From a virus: a stretch of DNA of 64,000 nt. Position 1 is the stretch's first letter. The number at the start of each line of letters is the position of its first letter. The notes under the pieces were generated by a model. That model did not search any database. It was not told the DNA's origin and was given only the letters and a program-made list of their open reading frames with translations. The position numbers and the translations under genes are program-made. The stretch spans positions 66,554-130,553 of the IMG/VR virus record IMGVR_UViG_3300027797_000012; one strand, 5' to 3'. Positions 40,295 through 50,224 of the stretch are shown here, in pieces.

Positions 40295-41704
40295 TTAACC
40301 TAGCCAGGCTGACCTGTAATACACGTTTATATAAGCGCTAGAGTTGTTAGGGTTTCCGGAGTCTGAAAAACTTATGACGTTATTTCCAGGAGCAAGATAG
40401 AACCACTCCGCAAGAACATCAACATAGTTACGCTTTCCTACAGCGTCTCCGTCGTATGCTACCTCGTGCTCCTTCGTGTCAATCTCAAGGACATGCCCGC
40501 TAGGGATCGGCAGCACGGTTGTAATTAACTCGCTTGTAGTTACGTTCTGTATCGCGCCCTGTCCGTTGACAGCTCCAAATATTTCTAAAACTACCGGAGT
40601 GTAGGCGTTGCCGGTATTGTTAATAGTCACGGAGCCGGTGCCTGGGCTTAGCGCGTTAGCGCAGGTTAAGACAGACATGCGGTACCCTAGCTCGTCGTCT
40701 TCATACCACTCGTACTTGAGCGGGTCAGGCGCACGCAGCCCGATAGAGAACTCAGTGCGTCCACGAGCATTGACAGTTTCTATGGATGGTGCACCATTAA
40801 GTCTTACCCAAGAAGCCTTTAGAGGCTGCTCATTAGTCTTTAACCAGCCGCCAAAGTGAACTAGGTCCGCAGCTTTAATTAGCTTATCTCTAGCTGCTTG
40901 CACGTACGAAGAGTCAGGAGTAAGGAATACTCCATTTAGGGTAATTTGACGTGATTGGTAGCGACCACGTATATCATAAGAGCCATCTCCGTATCCGCGT
41001 GGGATATCCGCAATGTCTGGCTCGGGATGATTCCACCAACCGTCAATGCCGGTACATACCCAGATAACGCCGTCTTCATCGATTGTATTAAGGATAAGTC
41101 CGTTAAGGTTAATGTCAGCGTTAAGCTGCATACCTGTGATCTTTGGCGCAGGTACAGGTGTGAGTGACTTATCAACTTTAGTATTTTCGTACGCCTGTGT
41201 TACGTCATCGTAGTACTCGTTGATGTAGCTTGCGGCCTCAAAGAGAACTGCGTCTAAGTAGAATGTCTTGCTAGCAGTTCCGGCCGTAGGCTGAATAACG
41301 TATATTAAGGCTGCTGCCGCGTTAGACGGAGAGGTGATTACATCGGTAAGTCGTACCCATGGATCACCTACCGTAATTTCAATAGCGTTTGAAGAAGACG
41401 TAGAGATAAGTGATCCGCCAGAAACAGCGGTGTACCACGCAACGTTAATTTGAAAGGTGCCAGTTTGAGAGCCAAGCGGGACCTTTACGTAAGCTGATAC
41501 TGCGTACGACGTGCTGCCTGTGACTGCTATGCGTGAGGAGGTAACAACTCCAGAGTTTGAAGCGGCTTGCTTTGTCACCTGCAAGGATGACGTGCCAAAG
41601 AACCCATCGGTAGTTATTCGAGCGATAGAGCTAGAAGATGAGGTTGACCACCCTGTCGTGTTAGTCTTAAACGAAGGGTTAGTGACTAAGTTATTTTTTG
41701 CCAT
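40295..41704 (-). CDS. Distal tail protein with N-terminal carbohydrate-binding (CBM4/9-like) domain
   Basis: NLVTNPSF....GW...Y..SAYVK...W.RL...YLDAV.FE, then GIDGW...R.ITL.G...APDP.KY...N.GN...LAPG.N...RSAW; follows the tape measure gene. Confidence 0.75.
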   Translation of the reverse strand: MAKNNLVTNPSFKTNTTGWSTSSSSSIARITTDGFFGTSSLQVTKQAASNSGVVTSSRIAVTGSTSYAVSAYVKVPLGSQTGTFQINVAWYTAVSGGSLISTSSSNAIEITVGDPWVRLTDVITSPSNAAAALIYVIQPTAGTASKTFYLDAVLFEAASYINEYYDDVTQAYENTKVDKSLTPVPAPKITGMQLNADINLNGLILNTIDEDGVIWVCTGIDGWWNHPEPDIADIPRGYGDGSYDIRGRYQSRQITLNGVFLTPDSSYVQAARDKLIKAADLVHFGGWLKTNEQPLKASWVRLNGAPSIETVNARGRTEFSIGLRAPDPLKYEWYEDDELGYRMSVLTCANALSPGTGSVTINNTGNAYTPVVLEIFGAVNGQGAIQNVTTSELITTVLPIPSGHVLEIDTKEHEVAYDGDAVGKRNYVDVLAEWFYLAPGNNVISFSDSGNPNNSSAYINVYYRSAWLG

Positions 41705-41707
41705 TTA

Positions 41708-44700
41708 TTACACGCCACCCTTACGAATCATGAAACCAACTTGACGAGATATCGCCGCCGCAAGATCAGCTTCGCTCATCTTCTCAGAAGGATAAACCTT
41801 AAACGTTAAATTCGTGCCTTCACCTTGTTTTCCTGCAAGGAACTTTATGATCGCACGATCTCGCACAGACAAGCCTTGCGCGTCAAGAGGCTCAACGCGC
41901 TCTGTGCGACCAGCTTCTGCTATCATCGCGAGAGTTCCACCATTTTTTGGACGAACAATTCCGCCTTCAGCTAGCTTAGGGATAAGAGGAATGTTAATAC
42001 CAAACTTAGTTCCACGCCCAGGCAATCCTGGAATATCAGGAATATTAAATGAAATTCTGTTTAGAGCTCCGATAATGTCGTTTAATAGTCCAATTACTAA
42101 GTTTACAGCACCTCTAAGGCCATCTGTTAGCCAACCCCATATATTTCCTGCGCCTCTAAGAAGTCTTGCTCCTAAGCCAGTAACAAATGAAACAATTGTA
42201 TTAAAAATTCTAACTGCGCCATCCCAAGCATTCTGCAAGCCAGTCCGAATAAAGTCCCATATTACGCGAAGAATGCGAGTTACGGTGCTTATGTATGCCC
42301 GAACACCTGCGACAATAAGATCCCAAACAAATTGAATACCATTCCAGACTGCTTCAAGACCAGTTCTTAGGACGTTCCAAACAAAGCCAACTACAGCAGT
42401 AACAGCATCTATGTATATCCGAACACCTGCGACAATAAGATCCCAAACAAATTGAATACCATTCCAGACTGCTTCAAGACCAGTTCTTAGGACGTTCCAA
42501 ACAAAGCCAACTACAGCAGTAACAGCATCTATGTATATTCTGACTCCTGCAATTATAAGATCCCAGACTACTTGAATAGCATTCCATGCTGCTTCTAAGC
42601 CTGTTCTTATCGCGTTCCAGACTGCAAGAACTACTTCTTTAATTCTTGCCCACATCCGTTGAACAAAGTCGCGGAATGCCTTATTTCTGTTATACAGTGT
42701 GACAAATATGGCAACTAACGCAACTATTGCAAGTATAACAAGACCAATTGGATTTGTAGCCCACATTGCCTTCATCATATACATAAAAATTCTGCCGTAG
42801 AACGTTAACACCTTCCAAGCAAATGCAAGTTTTTTAAGCACAAATCCAAAGTAAAGTACTGCCTTGCTGCCTATCATAAATAGCGTGCCAAGGGCAAGTA
42901 CAAAGCCGTGCAGCGGGCCTATAACTGCTAAAAACGCCTTCACTGGAGCGGTATTGAATAATGCAACTGCTGCCTTGGCTGCAACATTGAGCGTCTTGAA
43001 GAACGCCTTCACGCCACCAGACTCGGTAAAAATCTCAGTTAGCTTAGTTAAAGTAACAAGAAGCTCTGCCATAGCAGGGCCACCTTCATTTAAGTTCTTA
43101 AATATCTTTCCTATATCTGGAACTGCCTCTGCTAAAGTGTCCCAGAACTTTTTAGTGTTAGGGTCTCCAGCTAATTTTATAAACTCTTTTGTTAGTGGAC
43201 CTAAAAACCCAAGAATTGACTTTACGTTTATTGCCGCGTCTCTAAAGAATTCGCGCAAGGAGCCGGGGCCGTCGCCTGTGTATTCGGTTGTTGCTTTCCA
43301 CCGCGCTGTGACATCTTCTAAGTAGTCAAGAAGTATTTGACCGCCGCTGCCTGGGCCTGTATTTGCCTTTACTAAATTTCCAATAAATCCAAAGGTGTTG
43401 CCAAATATATCTCCAAGTTGAGCTGCAACCTTTCCGGCAGTATTAAAAAACTCTTTAAGACTTCCGTCTGCGTTCTTTGTGTTAAGCATCGTATCCCAGC
43501 CGGCGGTGGTCTTTTCTATCCAACCAAAGAAGCGCTTAGTAAGAGGCTCGGCAGCTTGAAGAATAGATAGCAGCGAGCCCCAAAGACTACCAACGCTTTT
43601 TCCAAGACTTTCAAGCACTCCGCCCGATGACGCAAATAAACTGTTAAGCTTTTTAAGATTTTCTCCGTTTACAATTGCATCTGACACCGACTTTGAGGCT
43701 GTGCCCATAGCCTTTCCGACAAGGAAAAGACCGTCTTTAAATACAGGGAATCCCTTATCAACGATCTGCTCTATGCCAGTCTGCAGTAGTGGGAGGAACC
43801 CGGCAGCTGCTGCTTCTTTTAGCTCGTTAAGTTTAGGTTTTAAAGTTGCTAGGTATTTAGCAAATACTTTTTGCGATGCGGTAAGTCCCGCAAGAGGGTC
43901 TGATCCCGCAGAACTTTTTGCAGCGCGTTCTTTTGCGTCAAGAACAGCTTGAAGTGCGTCGCGCTCGGCCTTAGCCTTGGCGTCAACCGCATCCATGTAA
44001 CCTTCTTCAGCGCTTGTGAGATTGTCTGTTGCAGATATAACAGCGTTAGTTCCAGCAACACCTTCTTTAGCAAGACGATCCTGCTCTGCCTGTAGATCTT
44101 TATTTCTATCCATCGCCATACGAAGATTTAGATCAGCTTCTTCGTACGCAAGTTCTGCTTCTCTTCGTGCACGAGAGTTGGGTGGTAAATCTTGAACGCG
44201 CGCTAATGTTTCACGCGCAGCTTCAAGCTCTAGCGCTGCTTTTTTCTCAGCAATAGCAGCGTCTTCTGCGTCAAAACCAAGTTGCTGAATTTCTTCAGCG
44301 CCTTCTTTGAGCGCTTTATTAAATGCGATCTGCGCCTTAGTTAGCTCAAGCTTAGATTTAAGTAATTTCTTATCCGCGGCTGCTAGATTTTCTGCGTTCC
44401 TTTGCGCTATCTTAGCAAGTTCTTTTGACAGGTCTTGTTTAGAATTTCCTGCGCCAGGCATTTTTTTCTTATTTAGCGCGCTAACTGCAGCGCCAATTCC
44501 ACCCAACGCCATTTTGGCAGCGATGCCTCCGGTCACAATTGCAGCTAGCCCACTGCCAAGCACGACGAGAGACGGAGCCGCAGAAAGAACCGCGCCACCT
44601 AAGGAGACAACACCAACGACAAGAGAGCTTAAGCTAGAGATAAGAACTCCAATAGCAGTTCCTACAGAGTATCCAGTTCTTTGAAGAGAGTTAAAAGCTT

Positions 44701-44926
44701 TACCAACTTTATCTGCTTCACGCCCTAATTGCTTAAAAGTCTTAGTGTCTCTAGCAAAAAAGTCGCCTATGCTTCCGCGCCCAGCGCCTTTCTTCATCGA
44801 ACGCGAAAGTCTTCTTCCAGCGTCTTCGCCAATCTTGTCAACGCCTTTTACAGAGTCTCTAAGTTGCTTGTCAAAGCCAGTACTGACCGTGCGGACAATG
44901 ATAATTGCCTCGCCTACTACTGCCAT
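41708..44926 (-). CDS. Tape measure protein
   Basis: Long helical Ala-rich protein, coiled coil, NPIGLVI motif, Trp-periodic repeats, C-terminal LAEGG...AEAG..E.V.PL. Confidence 0.9.
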   Translation of the reverse strand: MAVVGEAIIIVRTVSTGFDKQLRDSVKGVDKIGEDAGRRLSRSMKKGAGRGSIGDFFARDTKTFKQLGREADKVGKAFNSLQRTGYSVGTAIGVLISSLSSLVVGVVSLGGAVLSAAPSLVVLGSGLAAIVTGGIAAKMALGGIGAAVSALNKKKMPGAGNSKQDLSKELAKIAQRNAENLAAADKKLLKSKLELTKAQIAFNKALKEGAEEIQQLGFDAEDAAIAEKKAALELEAARETLARVQDLPPNSRARREAELAYEEADLNLRMAMDRNKDLQAEQDRLAKEGVAGTNAVISATDNLTSAEEGYMDAVDAKAKAERDALQAVLDAKERAAKSSAGSDPLAGLTASQKVFAKYLATLKPKLNELKEAAAAGFLPLLQTGIEQIVDKGFPVFKDGLFLVGKAMGTASKSVSDAIVNGENLKKLNSLFASSGGVLESLGKSVGSLWGSLLSILQAAEPLTKRFFGWIEKTTAGWDTMLNTKNADGSLKEFFNTAGKVAAQLGDIFGNTFGFIGNLVKANTGPGSGGQILLDYLEDVTARWKATTEYTGDGPGSLREFFRDAAINVKSILGFLGPLTKEFIKLAGDPNTKKFWDTLAEAVPDIGKIFKNLNEGGPAMAELLVTLTKLTEIFTESGGVKAFFKTLNVAAKAAVALFNTAPVKAFLAVIGPLHGFVLALGTLFMIGSKAVLYFGFVLKKLAFAWKVLTFYGRIFMYMMKAMWATNPIGLVILAIVALVAIFVTLYNRNKAFRDFVQRMWARIKEVVLAVWNAIRTGLEAAWNAIQVVWDLIIAGVRIYIDAVTAVVGFVWNVLRTGLEAVWNGIQFVWDLIVAGVRIYIDAVTAVVGFVWNVLRTGLEAVWNGIQFVWDLIVAGVRAYISTVTRILRVIWDFIRTGLQNAWDGAVRIFNTIVSFVTGLGARLLRGAGNIWGWLTDGLRGAVNLVIGLLNDIIGALNRISFNIPDIPGLPGRGTKFGINIPLIPKLAEGGIVRPKNGGTLAMIAEAGRTERVEPLDAQGLSVRDRAIIKFLAGKQGEGTNLTFKVYPSEKMSEADLAAAISRQVGFMIRKGGV
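42301..42540 (-). repeat. Near-perfect 120-nt tandem duplication (40 aa) within the tape measure gene
   Basis: 42301-42420 and 42421-42540 differ only near their last bases; degenerate copies flank them. Confidence 0.95.
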
Positions 44927-44961
44927 GATGTCACCTCCTTTCCTGTGTTAACGTTTATTTA

Positions 44962-45707
44962 CTAGTGGCCCATTGGTTCGTCAAGTACTTTTCCAAAAGG
45001 TTTTGAAGAAGCAGCGTTAACTGGAGTTGCACTTATAAAAGGTTTTACCGGCTGCCTTACTGGGCTGAAAGGCACTATAGTAGCTTCCCGTGATTCTTCA
45101 GGCGCGTCATACTCCGCACTGTTGTAGTCCGGGTGGGACGCTCCTGAAGTGTCTACAACGTACTTATACTCGCGACCATAAAGATCTCTGTAGATAGTAA
45201 CTCTAGCCTTAGAGCGAGCCTCGGCTTGCTCCGCGGTACTAGCACTGAGGTCGTCTTCAAAAAGGTAGTGAAGAACGTCAACCATGTCATTAGCTGGCAT
45301 GGTCCTAAGATCTAAACCGTTCATCAGTGCCCTTCCGTTAACATATGGCCAGAGATCAACTCCCCAGTCTAGGAGACTTCTGGCTGCTCTAAAGGGCGGT
45401 CTGTGTACTCCTCAATGAGCCAGCCTGTAATTTCCGCCAAGGTATCAACAGTTACGATTTTTTCCTTGTGAACAAGAAGCGCTTGAAAACGCTCATAGCT
45501 CTCATCTACCAGAACCTGTGAAAAGAACCTCTCAATCATCTCGGCGTTCTTTACTGGATCTTCTGAGCCTGATTCTTTAACCATGTCAAGCATGATCTTT
45601 CCTTGCACGGCCTTTACACAGTGAAACTCTTCTTCGTGAAGTTTGAATGATAAAGGGGCAGCATCATTAGCTCCGCCTGAACCAAAGTCCTTATATCTAG
45701 CACTCAT
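44962..45707 (-). CDS. Tail assembly chaperone pair (G 45369..45707; GT via -1 frameshift into the 44962..45324 frame)
   Basis: Between tail genes and tape measure; in-frame slippery C CCT TTA; the -1 frame reads RAARSLLDWGVDLWPYVNGRAL straight into MNGLDLRT. Confidence 0.85.
45390..45396 (-). other. Programmed -1 ribosomal frameshift heptamer CCCTTTA
   Basis: X XXY YYZ in correct phase (CGC CCT TTA), shortly before the G stop codon. Confidence 0.85.
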
Positions 45708-45786
45708 CTTTCTTTCCTCCGTATTATGTTAGTGTCTTTAATAAGACTTTTGTCTTATTTTTGATTATTTTACACTAAATACCAAG

Positions 45787-46176
45787 CTATGATCTGAATA
45801 TGTGCAGATTATCAGCAAGGTATTTATTTGGTTTTGTCCCTGGATGTTTTACGGCTCTCGCGTACACGATACGAGTCCCAGACGTAAATCTAAGTGCTCC
45901 ACCATTTTTAGCCATGATTACATGTGGCTTAGTGCCTTCGTGATGCGCAAGCGCGTAACTCAACGTCGAGCCAATACGCAATTCTTGATGGCGTGCGCCT
46001 CGCGAGTGGCGCATATGTATAGATCCAGCAAGAAGTCCAGTTCTTTTCCCTACCTGAGCTCTTGCGGCCGCGACGAACTTAGTTCCTTGAGCAGAAAGCC
46101 ATCGGCCAACTTCTCCAGTCGGACCGTTAAGCATATTGTCAATCACAGGCTTATTCCAAATTACTTTTACGGCCAT
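45787..46176 (-). CDS. HK97 gp10-like neck/tail completion protein
   Basis: RTG.L..SI...YA...HEGT.PH.I...V.HPGTKPN.YL. Confidence 0.75.
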   Translation of the reverse strand: MAVKVIWNKPVIDNMLNGPTGEVGRWLSAQGTKFVAAARAQVGKRTGLLAGSIHMRHSRGARHQELRIGSTLSYALAHHEGTKPHVIMAKNGGALRFTSGTRIVYARAVKHPGTKPNKYLADNLHIFRS

Positions 46177-46177
46177 C

Positions 46178-46681
46178 TTAAGGTATCGCCATCGTTACCT
46201 GCATCGTTGTAGTTTGGATTCCGCCTTCAGCACCGCTAACGTCCGCGGTAGCTATAACGCCAAGGCCAAATTCGCCTGGTTCCCATTGATCAAGTCTATT
46301 TAGAAGTCTCATAAACACCCATGCGTCAACTGCCGCAATTTCAGAGCCTTCTTGTATTTTTTCTCCTGTAGGCGGACGCCCGTTTACGCCAACAACAGGT
46401 ACCTCACGGGAGATACCTATAGATAGCACTGCGCTGCGCGGGCTGGTTGTGCGTAAAGGTTGGCCTGCCTGGTCGCCTGGAGTTCCTAAATATATTTGAA
46501 TGAATGATACGGCAACCTGCTCGCAGTCAACAGGCGCAGTTCCTACCGTCCAGTAACGTCGTGCAGGTAGAGGCACGTTATACTCGGTAAAAACGTCAAC
46601 AGTCTTTGAAAGAACTCCGTCAAGTAAATATTTTAAGCTAAGCGCGTCTTCGTCAACGCCAGATATACTAGTAATAGGCAT
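46178..46681 (-). CDS. Putative tail terminator/head-tail joining protein
   Basis: Size and synteny between the adaptor and the gp10-like gene. Confidence 0.5.
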   Translation of the reverse strand: MPITSISGVDEDALSLKYLLDGVLSKTVDVFTEYNVPLPARRYWTVGTAPVDCEQVAVSFIQIYLGTPGDQAGQPLRTTSPRSAVLSIGISREVPVVGVNGRPPTGEKIQEGSEIAAVDAWVFMRLLNRLDQWEPGEFGLGVIATADVSGAEGGIQTTTMQVTMAIP

Positions 46682-46684
46682 ATG

Positions 46685-48052
46685 CTACTCACCTAGCGAG
46701 TACGTGCGTGTAGGAGCTGTTCCAAGACGTAGAACTAAGTTACCTGAGGCAATATAGACTGTTTCTGCCCCGCGTGTAGCGTATAGATCCCAGGTCCCAG
46801 GATCTAAGAAACCCGCGTAGGCATATGCGTCCTTATACGAAACTGTAAGAGTTAAGGTGTCGCGTGACTCGTTAGTTACAACCGCTGTGCCGGTGTCAGC
46901 CCCGTATACAACGTCGGACGCAACCTTGGCGTATCTAAACTGTGTCGTAGTTGGCACGTCTGAGATGTAGTAAGCGCCGTTAAACGTGGCGTTTATACCG
47001 GAGATAGTAACTAGATCACCCTCAGAGAAACCGTGCGCGGCAGAAGTAGTTAAGGTGACAATATTATCTGTAAGCTGCTTGTGCGAAATGCTCTTAGTGA
47101 TATCTGCGTAGATAGAGTTTACAGAAACCGCGCCCGAGCCGATTTCCTTGCTCTTTGTACCAGAATAATTAGATATTTTAAGTGAAGGTATCCACGTAGG
47201 ATCGAGCACTAAAAAGGTAGCGTTAATGTACTCGATGTTTACATCAACTGTTCCGCCGCCAGCGCCTGTTATAAACATATCAAGAGCAGTTGCAGGTAGT
47301 GGATACGGTTTTGCTACATGGCGTCGAGCACGTGGAAGGTCTGGTGAAAATACCCTTGCCTTTGTGCGAGCCTTGTCTGGGTTTGAAGACTTTAAGAACA
47401 GATCTACGATGTATAAACCTGTTCGCATGTCATCAATAAAGTCTTGGTTGTCAAGGATTGTGTATGAGACGCCTTGGCGGGCAACAGACGTAATACGTGA
47501 AGGTAGCGCGCAATCGTCAGAGCCACTCCATAGCTTAATAAACTCTGTTGCAAGAATTCGAGCAGCTGCTACACCAGTCGCAGGTGGCATTGAGCCATAG
47601 GTATACGTTACTTCAATATTGCAAGGTGCCCACGCAACTCCAGCACGTGCTTGGATCGTAGAGTGATCAACTAGGTAGTAGTTAGATGGGTCAATGATGT
47701 TTCCAGCTCTATCACGAATAGCGTCGATCTTGACTACAGGGCCTCCGCGTAGGCGTAAACGTGTAGAAGGTGACATACCGTCGGTTGTTAGCTCCGCGTA
47801 GTCATCAAATTCATCAAGAGGGATGTTGTATAGGTCTCCGCCGACAAGCTCAGGAGAGTAGTTACGTGAAGACGCGCCTAAACGATAAGCGCGGGAAGCG
47901 CAGACATACTTTTCTGTTACAGTTGTGATCCCACCGTATTTTCTGCCAGACATAGACCAAAGAAGTTGTGAAGCAACCTTAACGGCCTCATACGCGTATT
48001 CGCTATCTGCATAGTTGTCAAGTTCTTCTACCGAAATCCAAAGATTTGACAC
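46685..48052 (-). CDS. Head-to-tail adaptor with C-terminal extension
   Basis: AS.LLW.MSGR.Y...VTYTYG..PP..G..AA..LA.E...C.LP.R.TSV.RQGVS...TGL..VD.F....NP, plus an extra beta-barrel module. Confidence 0.75.
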   Translation of the reverse strand: MSNLWISVEELDNYADSEYAYEAVKVASQLLWSMSGRKYGGITTVTEKYVCASRAYRLGASSRNYSPELVGGDLYNIPLDEFDDYAELTTDGMSPSTRLRLRGGPVVKIDAIRDRAGNIIDPSNYYLVDHSTIQARAGVAWAPCNIEVTYTYGSMPPATGVAAARILATEFIKLWSGSDDCALPSRITSVARQGVSYTILDNQDFIDDMRTGLYIVDLFLKSSNPDKARTKARVFSPDLPRARRHVAKPYPLPATALDMFITGAGGGTVDVNIEYINATFLVLDPTWIPSLKISNYSGTKSKEIGSGAVSVNSIYADITKSISHKQLTDNIVTLTTSAAHGFSEGDLVTISGINATFNGAYYISDVPTTTQFRYAKVASDVVYGADTGTAVVTNESRDTLTLTVSYKDAYAYAGFLDPGTWDLYATRGAETVYIASGNLVLRLGTAPTRTYSLGE

Positions 48053-48091
48053 TTAACCGTCCTGTCTAGTCGTCGTTAATACTTGTTGTAA

Positions 48092-48140
48092 TAAAGGAGC
48101 GGCATGCCTGTGTTTATTTTTACACATTGGCATGCCGCTC
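48092..48140 (-). terminator. Hairpin/terminator after the major tail gene
   Basis: gagcggcatgcc...ggcatgccgctc 12-bp stem followed on the - strand by ctttatt. Confidence 0.7.
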
Positions 48141-48151
48141 ACTTCTATCTA

Positions 48152-49198
48152 TTAAGAGGTTGGATCCTCTGATGAAGCAATGATGAAGTCAACTTCATTG
48201 TCCTCATTAAAGTCTTGTGATCCAGGAACGTTGTACGCTGTGGTTGAGCCTTCAGATAGGAAGTCTGTCACCGCACGTGAGTTTGCACCAACAACTGCTG
48301 TGCCAGAGTCCGCTGTAGACGCAATAGTACCAGAAGTAGAAGTGGTGTAAGTGAATGTTGTTGATGTTGGCACTGACACGATGGTGTATGTACCGTTAAG
48401 AGCAGAGTTAGTTAGACCAGCAACAACAACTGAGTCACCGGCAGCAAGTGTATGAGCTGTAGATGTAGTAATTGTGGCTGTAGCGCTTGCACGGGCAACG
48501 TTTGAAATAGTCTTTGAGATCTCGCCGTGCCATGTGTAGAAGCCCTTGCGTCCTGTAGGAGCCCAAGAGCTACGAGCGTATGAGTATGGGCGCTCTGTTG
48601 CAACTGGGAACTCCCAGCGCTCGTCAAGACCTGTATCAAAGTTTACGTTGCCAAGACCGTAGCCTTGGAAAGTATTCGCGAGCAAGCCGTTTTCAATAAC
48701 ACGGTCACCTGAAAGGCGTAGCTTGCAATATGGGAAAATCCAGTGGAAGTAAGGAAGTGTTGAAGCCTTCTTGCCTTCAATAATTGCGTGAGACCATGTC
48801 TCAATCGCAACGCCGTAGCCTGCAGGATCATCACCAGTTGCTGGAGAAGACCAACCGATTGACTTACGGTTTGCTGCTGCGTATGTTCCAAGGTTCTTAC
48901 GTAGCAAAAGACCACCGGACATTAGCTGTGTTAGCTCTGGGTCTGGCTCTGCGATTGCAATTTCCATTGAGATACGCTTTAGTGTATCTGGTGCTTTGTA
49001 GGTAACGTGAACTGTTCCGTCCGCGCCCTTTTCTGTAATTTCATCGCCTTCTTCGTACTCAGGCGTAAACGACAAGCGCATGAAGCCTGAAGTTGTGTAG
49101 CTGTCGCCTTCTGTATTCAGGAGATTACCAGATGCGTCAAGACGAGTTACTCGAATCGACACACCTTGAATACTCGCGGCGTATTCTTGAGTTGCCAT
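48152..49198 (-). CDS. Major tail protein with C-terminal beta-barrel module
   Basis: G..IRVTRLD..G...EEG.EI..K.A.G...DP.L...IE.WS...Y.HWIFP...IENG; strong RBS aaggag and biased codon usage. Confidence 0.8.
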   Translation of the reverse strand: MATQEYAASIQGVSIRVTRLDASGNLLNTEGDSYTTSGFMRLSFTPEYEEGDEITEKGADGTVHVTYKAPDTLKRISMEIAIAEPDPELTQLMSGGLLLRKNLGTYAAANRKSIGWSSPATGDDPAGYGVAIETWSHAIIEGKKASTLPYFHWIFPYCKLRLSGDRVIENGLLANTFQGYGLGNVNFDTGLDERWEFPVATERPYSYARSSWAPTGRKGFYTWHGEISKTISNVARASATATITTSTAHTLAAGDSVVVAGLTNSALNGTYTIVSVPTSTTFTYTTSTSGTIASTADSGTAVVGANSRAVTDFLSEGSTTAYNVPGSQDFNEDNEVDFIIASSEDPTS

Positions 49199-49247
49199 TG
49201 TTTATATTTCTCCTTATTATTTAGAAGCGGCTGCTAATACGTATATT

Positions 49248-50126
49248 TTACGCGGTTAAGTCAACTCTGACTGCTGCGTGTACAGATGAGTCAAAGTACA
49301 CTGCCGCTGGGCGAATTGCCTTAAGAAGCATGTTGTTCGCGTTGCCTGATACATCGTAGCCCTGTGCTAGACTATCATTAACAACGTCAATATCACCAAG
49401 AATGACTCTAACGTCGCCCGTGGCGTACATCCATTTATTTGTTGCTGTAGGTGTCTCTGCATCTCCAGCAGCGTCAGTCGGGCCTGCTCCTGAGTAACCA
49501 GAACCGATTACTACCGGAGTTCCACCAACAGTTCTAAGGAAGGTGTCGCCGCTTTCTGCGGAAGGATAAATTAGGCTTGAGCTTGCAACAAGCGTAGCAA
49601 CGTCACGTGTCATATGAATGACTCCTTGAATTCCACACGCTGAGGTATCTCCAATTGTCTGCTCAAGAAGCGCAAGTGCGCGACGAGCTGATAGTGCTGT
49701 ACCTGAGTTAAGTATCGTAGCGGCAGGGTCTACTAGTGCTCGATTTGCATGGCTAGCGCCAATGCGAACTGCACCGTCCCACAGCTCTGTTTCAAGAGCT
49801 TTTTGAGTAATACACTCTAGCTGACGTTTAATTCTTTCAATGTGGTCTATACCAAGTAGACCTAATGTTGAGCGGTAGTCTTCAACTTCAACAAAAAATG
49901 GTTTAACTTCTAGATAACGAGCCGGTGTTGCGTTATTTGCAATTGTGTATGACGTTGTGTCTGTATCATCCCAGTTTTTAGCAGAGTATACTCCGCTGTC
50001 CCAGTACTGAGAGAAGCCACGTACCCACTGGTCTTCGTCTAAGTTAGTGTCAGGTTTAACACAGCCAAGTAGACCAAAATTAGCACCCATAACCATAGGT
50101 GCTTCAAATACTCCCGTAAAGGCCAT
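49248..50126 (-). CDS. Second capsid protein (major capsid pentamer-like)
   Basis: Directly after the large capsid gene; E.ELW.G...GVIH...RT..GTPVV.G.GY...WMYATG.V pattern, as I recall from actinophage hexamer/pentamer pairs. Confidence 0.6.
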   Translation of the reverse strand: MAFTGVFEAPMVMGANFGLLGCVKPDTNLDEDQWVRGFSQYWDSGVYSAKNWDDTDTTSYTIANNATPARYLEVKPFFVEVEDYRSTLGLLGIDHIERIKRQLECITQKALETELWDGAVRIGASHANRALVDPAATILNSGTALSARRALALLEQTIGDTSACGIQGVIHMTRDVATLVASSSLIYPSAESGDTFLRTVGGTPVVIGSGYSGAGPTDAAGDAETPTATNKWMYATGDVRVILGDIDVVNDSLAQGYDVSGNANNMLLKAIRPAAVYFDSSVHAAVRVDLTA

Positions 50127-50180
50127 CTTTAATCTACTTCCTAACTTAAAAGTTTGTTTTACGTTTACTTACTTCGTATC

Positions 50181-50206
50181 GGGAGCGCCCATTGCTGAGC
50201 GCTCCC
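50181..50206 (-). other. GNRA-capped hairpin between the two capsid genes
   Basis: - strand gggagcgctca-GCAA-tgggcgctccc (one G-U pair), with no U-tract after it. Confidence 0.7.
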
Positions 50207-50224
50207 TCTACGACTGATCGAATT

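Noticed and set aside
42181-42640. Tape-measure duplication as a novel element
   Set aside because: Trp-periodic repeat expansion is a normal way of changing tail length.
44962-45369. Broken gene or pseudogene between the chaperone and tape measure
   Set aside because: Explained by a programmed -1 frameshift.
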